DNA from: Candidatus Obscuribacterales bacterium
GTDB taxonomy: Bacteria; Cyanobacteriota; Vampirovibrionia; Obscuribacterales; Obscuribacteraceae
Length of the DNA: 64,000 nt
Direction: 5' to 3'
NCBI GenBank assembly: GCA_965228855.1
Contig: CBDDIJ010000003.1
Span: forward strand, 2,048,001-2,112,000
Positions 52,201 through 59,886 of the stretch are shown piece after piece (the stretch's first letter is position 1; each line of letters opens with the position of its first letter). The notes under the pieces are model-generated. The model saw nothing but the letters and a program-made list of their open reading frames with translations. It did no database searches and was not told where the DNA came from. A program made the position numbers and the translations under genes.

Positions 52201-52565
52201 AACCGGAAGACGAAAGCGATGTTGAATCGGAAGAAAACGGCTTGGAAACTGAAACGACTGCAACCTTAACGAGACCGAATCAGCCGCCGGTTTCAACATC
52301 GGATAGTAACGATGCTAAACCGACTAAAGCACAGGAGCAGTTTTTCAGTCGCTACATTGACGGTCAATTGAAACCGACACTCGCCGGATATCACGCAGTG
52401 CCGGCTGTTTTGGCAAAGTCTGAAAAGGGTCGGCAAGCGTTCCAGGACTCATGGAATAAGTACGTGAGCCCTGGAGAAATCATCTCCACTGAAGCGAACC
52501 CGGATATTATCAACAAATATTTCGGGGTCGGACCATCTACTGCCAAGAGACTGTTATGGGAGTGA
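49239..52565 (+). CDS. SF2 (ResIII/DEAD-DEAH-like) helicase with hydrophobic C-terminal segment
   Basis: LRKYQ, APPGAGKT, LTYQ, IFDECHH, ALTGTP, LFGEGWD, QLRGRSIR. Confidence 0.88.
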   Translation: MNSIVGNALPSLPLVPQQQQALPGEDRYVEELLSRLRFEHPLRKYQVEILDIVKDKVEQGRREVHIVAPPGAGKTIIGLQMCINFKKPALILTPNTTIQSQWSQKLRSFIPKEMQDFEPSEIVGTHEVRPLKPITVLTYQVLSTPGREQEYLEQLAQREWINELRANRAYSVGEAELRILELMQNNPKAHQREMSRHASRIRRKLTDVLKLDEVLHKNAQDLIQSLRRQGVGLVIFDECHHLTDYWAAIMVHLLKALDEPLVVALTGTPPEGKSSTQENRYLSLVGNIDYQVPTPALVREGGLAPFQDLVYFTEPTVKELEFLESQHEDFHQLIDELTGQKDENTKFSCRLNENGTYDVIDGEEVVSPLLTWVLRRTIEAAEGEGWQKFQEKYKALSLAILRCLYRYRLPAPKRVSMSEGCNQAPSLDDWMTLLDDFASHKLKIAAGTDSHDLFEKIRRAARKLGYGISERGLRKQASPADRVLAFSKSKAQAAAEVLAVEFEGLGERLRAIVVTDFERMSATGFQAVKGVLDEDSGGAVGVFRALLQKPIAANVNPCLVTGGLLLIDYRIKDQFTEAAREFLLKEGLKVPLSVVDCEENLYCEITGQSGDWASKLYVRLATELFERGISRCMIGTRGLFGEGWDSQALNTLLDLTTTTAPVSVKQLRGRSIRIQTNDPLGHRKVANNWDIVCVAPQLEKGLNDYHRFVRKHEGFFGVSDDGQIEKGVGHVHPTLSDMTPLEVFESHAKLNQEMTTRAYRREDVYDLWKVGIPYENKMLGCVELSNLRAPHITPPNLKGNCTYKEHSSQMRSALAGVWGEFAGVGAMASTGLAVVLAQTGGPLGLALLPMAGLLVAGFGKYQALRNNFKQQILDGHCQDENLKNIATAVLSALKRRRLLPYRAKAKDIVISERSNGCYRVFLNNVDYDASKLFVNAVTEVFAPITGQPYIIGRQEFRVVEPPKRSFIPAALQNAIRNAQSKYSNSSEQPEDESDVESEENGLETETTATLTRPNQPPVSTSDSNDAKPTKAQEQFFSRYIDGQLKPTLAGYHAVPAVLAKSEKGRQAFQDSWNKYVSPGEIISTEANPDIINKYFGVGPSTAKRLLWE

Positions 52566-52699
52566 CCAAGCGGGTTTCGGGTCCCTGCCAGTTCGGCTCC
52601 GGGTGATTTTGCGTGACTATTGCCGGCAGATTGTATATGATTGATCTATGCGATGGGAGCATGGCTGGTTATCGGGAACGTTTCTAGAACACATACACT

Positions 52700-52990
52700 A
52701 TGCAAAACCAAGACACAATCGATTTTTCGTCACCAATCAAAGATTACAAACCAGGCGACATCTTGAAGTGTCGCATTCTCGAGAAGAACAGCGGCGGTTA
52801 TGCCTTGAGTCTTCCGGACAATGATCTTCGCGATGCATTTCTGCCAACATCGGTCAAACTGCGCGAAGGCGATGAGCTTGATGTACTGTTCGTTTTCACG
52901 GACGGCAAACGCATTTTCTGCTCGTACTCCGATGAGGAGTTCAAGCGTCGCGTAGAGTTGAAGGCAAGCCAAGATCAAACAGCTTCTTAG
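52700..52990 (+). CDS. Small single S1/OB-fold-like protein
   Basis: YKPGDILKCRILEKNSGGYAL...AFLP...LREGDELDV S1-like pattern. Confidence 0.7.
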   Translation: MQNQDTIDFSSPIKDYKPGDILKCRILEKNSGGYALSLPDNDLRDAFLPTSVKLREGDELDVLFVFTDGKRIFCSYSDEEFKRRVELKASQDQTAS

Positions 52991-53009
52991 GAAGCTAGAG
53001 GTTTCACTT

Positions 53010-54521
53010 TCAAATGGAACCTAAAACCTTTTGACGCAACTGGGCGGCACGAGCAGCCCGTGCTGTGTCAGGTTTCAAACGCTCAGCCTCCAGCAACTCC
53101 ACACACGCACCGAGTAAATCTTTTTCTTTCTCGAGTTTATTCGCGAAGAGAACTCGGGCTGCCGGATCATTCGGATTGGTGCCAAGGGTCTCAACTATAG
53201 AGTTCAAATTCTGTCTACCGGCTTCCATTCCCGGATTCCAGAAGATAGCCTTGTGAAGCAGGTTTACACGCTCTTTTTCATCGGTCGTTTGCAGCGCGAG
53301 GTTATTCGCCGCGACGGCCAGGTTGCTCTTTGCCAATTCGAGATCAGGGTTAATTTTTAAAGCCTGCTCGAGTTTCGAAATAGACTCGCGATATTGCCCT
53401 GCAAAAACGGCTCTGGTTCCCGCTTTCAGAAACAACTGAGCTTTGTTCGCCGGACTCAAACGATCGAAGTCGGCAGTTTCCTCCGGTGATGAACTGCCAC
53501 TACCTCCTTTCAATGCTTCGGCAGCGGCAGCATAGACGACCTGGAATGTTCTTGCATCTCGAGGTGTGATACCGGTTTGCACAGACAGCTGCGGATACAT
53601 TATGTCCTCAGGGTAGGGACTGTGACCCATCAGACCTAGTCCGTGTCCGATTTCATGCAAGCAAATATTGTATAGAAGTTCGCAGCCGACCGGTCCATCT
53701 TTGAACGGGCTGACTGTAAGCAACTGAATCTCTGCACTCTTGATGCCCTCGCTGTCTTGAACGATTGAAGCTTTGCCAGCCTCGGCCTGCAGTTCGGGTG
53801 CGTGCATGTCATCCGTCCACGAGACAACCATCTCGGCGCCATCACGCTTGGTGACAATGTCGAATTTCACTTTCCCGTCAGTCGCGGTAGTCCATTCCCG
53901 AAATGCATGCTGCAAAACGTCGTCAAACTCCGGTCTGTAGCCGGGAACGGCGGTCGCCGGTTCTATATAAACTGTAATCGGCATTCTAGAATCCGGCCAG
54001 CGGAACAATCCCGTAGCGGTAGTCTCCTTCATGTAGTCACCACCTGCGGTACCAGCAGCATTGACAGGTCCAGGCTCATTTCGCTGCTGCCCTTGTAAAA
54101 CATTCACGAGCGTTCTGTATTTCTCCGCCTCAGGACCATCCGGTTCGAGCTGCAGATATGTGTCATACGCTCTAGCCGCCTCTTTTACTTTACGAGTCTT
54201 TGAGTACGCATGACCAAGATATAAATAAACCGCAGGGTCGTCTTGATCTGTTTCAATGATTTTTTCGAGTTTAGTCAACGCTCCCCAGTAGCGACCGGAC
54301 TCATATAGACTCTTCGCGTCCAAAAACAGCTGCTCGTTCGCGCCGGAGAGAGCGCTACCCGAGCCAGACCTTTTATGACTACCAGTTTTCGTGGACGCGA
54401 TCGTTGGCGCACCACCCACGGTAGTGCTACCACTTGCGGTGTTCATACCGGGAAATAGAAGAAGATTTGCCGCAAACATCAGTGCCAAAGCACGACTAAG
54501 GTTTAAAGCCATTGAACCCAA
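53010..54521 (-). CDS. Exported TPR plus matrixin (M10-like) zinc metallopeptidase
   Basis: Signal peptide; TPRs on both sides of HEIGHGLGLMGHS, with Met-turn DIMYP. Confidence 0.9.
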   Translation of the reverse strand: MGSMALNLSRALALMFAANLLLFPGMNTASGSTTVGGAPTIASTKTGSHKRSGSGSALSGANEQLFLDAKSLYESGRYWGALTKLEKIIETDQDDPAVYLYLGHAYSKTRKVKEAARAYDTYLQLEPDGPEAEKYRTLVNVLQGQQRNEPGPVNAAGTAGGDYMKETTATGLFRWPDSRMPITVYIEPATAVPGYRPEFDDVLQHAFREWTTATDGKVKFDIVTKRDGAEMVVSWTDDMHAPELQAEAGKASIVQDSEGIKSAEIQLLTVSPFKDGPVGCELLYNICLHEIGHGLGLMGHSPYPEDIMYPQLSVQTGITPRDARTFQVVYAAAAEALKGGSGSSSPEETADFDRLSPANKAQLFLKAGTRAVFAGQYRESISKLEQALKINPDLELAKSNLAVAANNLALQTTDEKERVNLLHKAIFWNPGMEAGRQNLNSIVETLGTNPNDPAARVLFANKLEKEKDLLGACVELLEAERLKPDTARAARAAQLRQKVLGSI

Positions 54522-54573
54522 CGTAAATCTCCAGAGAAGAACAAAACAAAGGGACTCCTTGAGAAATTATCCC

Positions 54574-54608
54574 AAAAGACAAGTCGGCTTGCAGGAATCA
54601 AGCCGACT
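54574..54608 (-). terminator. Probable intrinsic terminator after the 54660..54884 gene
   Basis: AGTCGGCTTG-caggaat-CAAGCCGACT 10-bp stem, followed on the minus strand by TGTCTTTT. Confidence 0.55.
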
Positions 54609-54659
54609 CTGAATTTTCCGTTACTGACGCGGAAATACAGTGCTGAGAGTAGCAATGTC

Positions 54660-54884
54660 TTACTCTTTTAATTCAGCCCTGAGAAGAACACCTGAAAGCA
54701 ACTCGAAGCCCTGATCGTCGAATAAGTTGTTCTTCAGCGCATTTTCGAGACATTGTCTCTCTTCTTGAGAAACGATGCCGTCAGCCATGATAATTTCTCT
54801 AAGAACTTTCGCTTCGTACTTGGAGATTTTCCCGTCATCGGACAGACACTCTTTGATTGCGTCTTCCAAAGTTCTACTTGACAC
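54660..54884 (-). CDS. Small protein with two DGx[IV]SxxE motifs (TerB-like or EF-hand-like)
   Basis: GGAGGA RBS; SDDGKISKYE and ADGIVSQEE. Confidence 0.75.
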   Translation of the reverse strand: MSSRTLEDAIKECLSDDGKISKYEAKVLREIIMADGIVSQEERQCLENALKNNLFDDQGFELLSGVLLRAELKE

Positions 54885-54950
54885 TGGTTTTCCTCCTGTC
54901 GCGTCACATGTCTGCGTATAGTTTAAACTTGTGACTAAACCCCTTACCCA

Positions 54951-55298
54951 TTGTCTCCATCTATTGAATACCCAGAAATGGAAATATCAGCAACGCAGTT
55001 AAAGGAACGTCTCGATCGCGGCGAAGATCTCGTCCTCCTTGACATTCGAAAACCATATGAACTGTCAATCGCCAGTCTGGAAAATGTGATGCATATTCCA
55101 GAGGAAGAAATCGCCGATCGCCTCGATGAATTGAGGAATCTCGGCGACAAAGATGTGGTCGTTTATTGCCGAACTGGGCGCCGCAGCACCGAATTGGTCG
55201 CTTTCCTGAAACAGCAAGGTCTTAAAAGAATTTTCAATCTGACTGGCGGTCTGCACGCCTGGTCTGATGATGTCGATCCCGAAGTGATGAAGTATTAG
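54951..55298 (+). CDS. Single-domain rhodanese (sulfurtransferase)
   Basis: LLDIRKPYE, VVYCRTGRRS, NLTGGLHAW..DVDP. Confidence 0.92.
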   Translation: MSPSIEYPEMEISATQLKERLDRGEDLVLLDIRKPYELSIASLENVMHIPEEEIADRLDELRNLGDKDVVVYCRTGRRSTELVAFLKQQGLKRIFNLTGGLHAWSDDVDPEVMKY

Positions 55299-55778
55299 CT
55301 AGGGCACAGACACGATGCCCATTTTGTCGATCTCAACAGTGGAGTTTCGGTTGAAGCTGGAGACGATAAATGACGACGGACGCTGCGGCTGTCCGTTCTC
55401 GTTAAACGTCACAGAGCCAGTAACAGAGACATTCTCAGGAAGCACGATTTCTTCGATCGAACCAGCCGGAGTGTTTATAGAGTAGAAGTATCGATGGTAT
55501 TTGCCGGGCGTGGGACTTCCGATAACTTCGACGTTGGCCTTCTGCTGTATCGCCATCGCTTTGACCCGACCGAGATCATTCACGAGTTCGCGACAAATGT
55601 TGCGGACCATGAGCTGAGCGTGAGTGTAAGCAAGCACTCGAAAGGCAAATAACGGAACGGCCAGGAACATTGCCAGAAATACCAGCGCCTCGACTTTTCG
55701 CATGAGAGGCCAATTCTTACTTCCGGCGGAGGATGCCCCTTCGCCTTCAATTTTTTCTTCATCCTGCGAATTCGACAC
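55299..55778 (-). CDS. Single-TM protein resembling a GspH/FimT-type (pseudo)pilin
   Basis: TM helix, then ELVNDLGRVKAMAIQQKANVEV and LPENVSV..VTFNENGQP. GTG 55778 is preferred because the longer ORF overlaps the divergent promoter region. Confidence 0.55.
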   Translation of the reverse strand: MSNSQDEEKIEGEGASSAGSKNWPLMRKVEALVFLAMFLAVPLFAFRVLAYTHAQLMVRNICRELVNDLGRVKAMAIQQKANVEVIGSPTPGKYHRYFYSINTPAGSIEEIVLPENVSVTGSVTFNENGQPQRPSSFIVSSFNRNSTVEIDKMGIVSVP

Positions 55779-55879
55779 TTTCGGGACCCCGACCGAAAAT
55801 AGTATATTGCACCTGCCCAGTGTCCCAATAATTGTCGGCACTGGTCCGCTCAACCTTCTTACCCGCTCAGGCACCCCTT

Positions 55880-56224
55880 ATGCCCATTACCGACGACTCC
55901 AAAGAAAAACTCAAAGCCAGGCTCGCGAAAGCAATTGGACACCTCAATGCGGTTTATCGCATGGTTGATGAAAAAAAATACTGCATCGACGTATTGCATC
56001 AACTAAAGGGAGTTCAGTCCGCACTTGACAAGACCGCGGAGATTATTCTTCGTCAGCATCTAGAGACCTGCGTAGTTGAGGCTGTTAAGAACCAGGACTC
56101 CGAAAGAGTTATGGATGAGCTGATTCAGGTTTTCCGTAAAGCGCCAAACCTGTATATGCTCGACGACGACGAGAAACTCCCGACCATTGACGACGCCAAG
56201 GGCAGTGGTTGCTGCCACAACTAG
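55880..56224 (+). CDS. CsoR/RcnR family metal-sensing repressor
   Basis: RLAKAIGHL...MV...YCIDVLHQL...HLETCV (C-H-C fingerprint); C-terminal GCCHN. Confidence 0.9.
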   Translation: MPITDDSKEKLKARLAKAIGHLNAVYRMVDEKKYCIDVLHQLKGVQSALDKTAEIILRQHLETCVVEAVKNQDSERVMDELIQVFRKAPNLYMLDDDEKLPTIDDAKGSGCCHN

Positions 56225-56362
56225 CGTTTGAAACGGTTTCAGGCTCGCAGCGCGTGAAAGTTCAACGCACTCAGCGGCAACAAACGGATTATTAACTGTC
56301 ACAACCTCCCGGCATCAAGTCTTAAGACGTGTCACAATCTCGAATGGAGGTTGAAACGTCTT

Positions 56363-57607
56363 ATGAAACGAGTTCTAATCCTTTCCGCTTCAGCCGGTGC
56401 CGGTCATGTGCGCGCTGCTCAAGCAATTGAAAAGGCATTGTCGAAGCATGAAGACATAGATGTGCGTCACGAGGACGCTCTTAAGTACACAAACGCAGCC
56501 TTCCGCCGCCTGTACTCGCAAGCCTATATCAACATGGTCAATCGCGCGCCGCAGTTTCTCGGTTTGATTTACGACTGGGCGGATATTCCCTGGAAGGACG
56601 AACGCCAGCGCCTCGCTTTCGATCGGCTAAATACACTTCCGCTCGTCGCCATGCTGAATCGCCATAAGCCGGACATGGTTATAAGCACTCACTTCTTACC
56701 TGCCGAAATCATGTCGTGGTTGACCTGCCGCAAAAAATTCGAAACAAAAAACGCAGTGATAGTCACGGATTTCGACGTGCACTCGATGTGGTTATGCCAC
56801 CACTATTATCGCTACTTCGTCGCGCTGGATGAAACATGGGTACATCTCACCCGTCTCGGTTTCGCACCGGATCGTGTTGTGGTATCAGGGATTCCGGTCG
56901 ATCCGGTATTCGAAATTGCTAAGGACAAAACCGAGATGCGCAGGAAATACGGTCTCGATCCAGGTTTGCCAACGATTTATATGTCAACCGGCGGGTTCGG
57001 TGTCGGACCAACCGAAGAAATTGTGATGGCGCTGTCTCATATGCAGCACGAGGCCCAAGTACTCGCAATGTGCGGTCGCAACGAAGATTTGATACATCGC
57101 CTGAATGCACTTGGACAAAACCTTGACGGTCGGTCCAAACTGAAAATTCATCCTGTTGGGTTCACCAGCGATGTCGATGAATACATGGCGGCATCAGATA
57201 TGGTGCTCGGCAAACCCGGCGGTTTAACAACCTCAGAAGCGCTCTGCAAGGGGCTCGCATTCTGCATCGTCAATCCAATTCCCGGACAGGAAGAACGAAA
57301 TGCCGATCATTTGCTTGAAGAGGGTGCCGGCATAAGATGCAATAATTTGCCGACACTGGCATACAAAGTCGACAACCTCATCGGTGACAAAGAGCGCTTC
57401 GCCAATATGAGAGAGAACTCTCTTCGCCTTTCTCATCCGGATGCCGCCAACATCATAGTCAACACTTTGCTCAACAATCCGCTCGGCGAATCCTTGATCT
57501 CTAAAAGCAGTCATAAATGCGCAACTATAAGAGAACGCGCAGCGCGAGCGACAAGAAGAGCGACAGGCACCATTGTCTCGAAACTCAGACGGCGTCGTCG
57601 AATTTAA
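56363..57607 (+). CDS. GT28 diacylglycerol glycosyltransferase (MGDG synthase/UgtP-like)
   Basis: SASAGAGHVRAA, ISTHF, IVTDF, SGIPV, GGFG, KPGGLTTSEA, PIPGQEERNA. Start ATG 56363 or TTG 56351. Confidence 0.9.
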   Translation: MKRVLILSASAGAGHVRAAQAIEKALSKHEDIDVRHEDALKYTNAAFRRLYSQAYINMVNRAPQFLGLIYDWADIPWKDERQRLAFDRLNTLPLVAMLNRHKPDMVISTHFLPAEIMSWLTCRKKFETKNAVIVTDFDVHSMWLCHHYYRYFVALDETWVHLTRLGFAPDRVVVSGIPVDPVFEIAKDKTEMRRKYGLDPGLPTIYMSTGGFGVGPTEEIVMALSHMQHEAQVLAMCGRNEDLIHRLNALGQNLDGRSKLKIHPVGFTSDVDEYMAASDMVLGKPGGLTTSEALCKGLAFCIVNPIPGQEERNADHLLEEGAGIRCNNLPTLAYKVDNLIGDKERFANMRENSLRLSHPDAANIIVNTLLNNPLGESLISKSSHKCATIRERAARATRRATGTIVSKLRRRRRI

Positions 57608-57665
57608 TCGGAGCTATTGGGCGGTCAACGCCGTTCGTATCGCTTTGCTGGAACCGGCATGTTCA

Positions 57666-58982
57666 CTACGCTCTATTTGAGTTGCCATTCCTGAACGAAT
57701 CGTTCGCCAACGAATGTTTCAGCTTTGCAGCAAATTTGCGATAAAAACTTGGCAGCACCAGATAGCCAACGTGCGCTTGCACAATGTCCATGCCCGTATT
57801 GTATGCCTCATCATCAACCTCATCGATGACGCCCTTCACGCTGTAACTAACGAAGTCGTTATGATCCCAGACGTTCCACCAATAGCCCAGGTGTTTTCGA
57901 TCGGGATGCGGAACAAGTTTCGAAGTATCCGCACCAAATTCGACACTACTACTTACAAAGAGTTTCAGTTCTTCAAAAAATCCGACCTGCGATGCAGAAG
58001 CACACCAGAAGTCAACTCTTATGTCCTCCAACTCAGGCATCTCAGGCAAGAAATGGGTTATGACATCGTACATGATCTGACCACCCATTGAATGGCTCAG
58101 CACCACAATCGGTTCGCCATTACGTTCCACCTGGATTTTTCTGCATTGGATCAAGCTTTCTATAACACACTTCGGAATTGCGCCTGGATTAGCGGCATTG
58201 CCGCGTTTGTGCAAATACGTGAATACGTCACCAAGAAAACGCGTTACAAATTGAGCAAGCGGTGCCTTAACTGCCATCACCGCGCGAGTAGCCGCGAAGC
58301 TCGGACTGTAAATACCGCGTGTCGCGCCCTCCTTCAAATGCATACCAACGTTGCGTGCCCAGGAGCCTTTATTGGCAAAATGATCTTTAACGCCATGTCG
58401 AACAGCTTCGAACTTTTGCTTTACTCGACTCTCTAATAGTCGAACTTCCTCATCAACAGACTCGCACTCTTCGAGTTCCTTCTTTACCTCCGGCGAGTGC
58501 GCGACCTCATCAGCGATGGAAGATAGCATCGCCCGCTCCTTTGCACTGAGCTTATCCGAGCCGTGAATGGCAGCCGTCAAAAAATTGCTGAGCTTCTCGC
58601 CGGACAAAAGTCTCAACCTTTTCAATTTTGGTTTAAACTCCAGCGCCACTTTATCCGCGTCTTCACGACGCAAAAATCTCGGGTTTTTCAGACGATTCAC
58701 TGCGCGCGTTTTCAGTTTTGCTCCAGTCTCAGCCAATCGCTCACGACCAGCCTTAACGCGTTCACTTGATCGCATCAACGCCTGAGTCAGGGGTGTCGCC
58801 GGGACTGAAGAACCGCTCCAGGAGAGCTTCGCCGCCTGATCACCCCAGAAGCAGTACTTGATGGAAACGTTATCCGGATCTGTCGCTATTTCCGGTGCGA
58901 CATATCGACGCAACAGAGTTTCGACCGCCTCCCAGCCAGCTTCGTCTCTGACCGATACTCCATGAATGTACAAAATTGGCAT
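57666..58982 (-). CDS. Alpha/beta-hydrolase-fold protein (lipase-like)
   Basis: ILYIHGV, FLGDVFTY, nucleophile elbow VLSHSMGG, WNVWDHNDFVS, AHVGY. Confidence 0.75.
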   Translation of the reverse strand: MPILYIHGVSVRDEAGWEAVETLLRRYVAPEIATDPDNVSIKYCFWGDQAAKLSWSGSSVPATPLTQALMRSSERVKAGRERLAETGAKLKTRAVNRLKNPRFLRREDADKVALEFKPKLKRLRLLSGEKLSNFLTAAIHGSDKLSAKERAMLSSIADEVAHSPEVKKELEECESVDEEVRLLESRVKQKFEAVRHGVKDHFANKGSWARNVGMHLKEGATRGIYSPSFAATRAVMAVKAPLAQFVTRFLGDVFTYLHKRGNAANPGAIPKCVIESLIQCRKIQVERNGEPIVVLSHSMGGQIMYDVITHFLPEMPELEDIRVDFWCASASQVGFFEELKLFVSSSVEFGADTSKLVPHPDRKHLGYWWNVWDHNDFVSYSVKGVIDEVDDEAYNTGMDIVQAHVGYLVLPSFYRKFAAKLKHSLANDSFRNGNSNRA

Positions 58983-59073
58983 CTACAATCCCACCGCATC
59001 TATATGGATGTTGTTCCCCGACGAGCCAAAGGCTACGAACCGGTAGCAAACCGACAAGATTATTTCCGAATAA

Positions 59074-59102
59074 TTGACTAAATTTGGAATCTGGTCAAGA
59101 AT
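59074..59102 (+). promoter_or_regulatory. Putative TetR operator overlapping a sigma70-like promoter of the tetR gene
   Basis: TTGACTAAATTtggAATCTGGTCAA, a 25-bp imperfect palindrome; TTGACT-N17-AAGAAT. Confidence 0.7.
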
Positions 59103-59119
59103 AAATTCGTGGAGGCAAG

Positions 59120-59740
59120 ATGGCTCGAACCAAATCAAATCCAAATCGCGCAGACCTTATCATGGAAGCAGCTATGGAGCTGTTTTCGAGATATGGCTAT
59201 GAGCGCACGAGCATCGAAGACATCTCGAAGCATCTCGGAATCGGCAAGGGCTCTATCTATCTTGAGTTCAGAACGAAAGAAGAGATCTTGATGCAGATTA
59301 TCGAGCGTTTCGCGATGTGCATCCAATCGATGATGGACGAGAAGGTCGAGAATTGCGAAGGCTCGCCTCTGGAAACATTGAAGACCATCATCGTTACCGG
59401 CGCCATGGCGGTGTACGACCGCGTCAGCCGCGACATACACACACCGGAAGGTTTGCTTCACACATCGATGACATTGAAGGCCCGCTTCCGCCCGTTCTAT
59501 GTGCGCAAGCGCGAGCGCATAACAAAACTTCTTCGCATGGCGGCTAAAGCAGGAGAGATTTCCGAGAGCATCGCCAATGAAGATACCGCAATCAATGTGC
59601 TGATGGCGGTAAGCAGTATTTATCCACCTTACTACAATAATTACACAGAATCGGAACAACGCATCACACGTGAGGAACTGGAGCGCCGAGCCGAACAGAT
59701 TACAACCATTGTAATGGAAGGTTTAAAAACCCAAAAGTGA
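59120..59740 (+). CDS. TetR/AcrR family transcriptional regulator
   Basis: AAMELFSRYGYERTSIEDISKHLGIGKGSIYLEFRTKEEI; GGAGG RBS. Confidence 0.95.
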   Translation: MARTKSNPNRADLIMEAAMELFSRYGYERTSIEDISKHLGIGKGSIYLEFRTKEEILMQIIERFAMCIQSMMDEKVENCEGSPLETLKTIIVTGAMAVYDRVSRDIHTPEGLLHTSMTLKARFRPFYVRKRERITKLLRMAAKAGEISESIANEDTAINVLMAVSSIYPPYYNNYTESEQRITREELERRAEQITTIVMEGLKTQK

Positions 59741-59886
59741 TCGACTTTTGTTGAGTTGCCCATCAACAGCCGGTCTTCGATAGAAACATTAAACACGAAT
59801 ATAGAAAAGCTGCTGGCGTGACCGTGTCAACGTCCGATGGTTATCGTTGAAAACGTACACGCGCTTCTGGAATCACTCAAACAAAA

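Noticed and set aside
49239..52565. Type III restriction-modification system
   Set aside because: There is no adjacent mod/methyltransferase gene and no evident nuclease motif.
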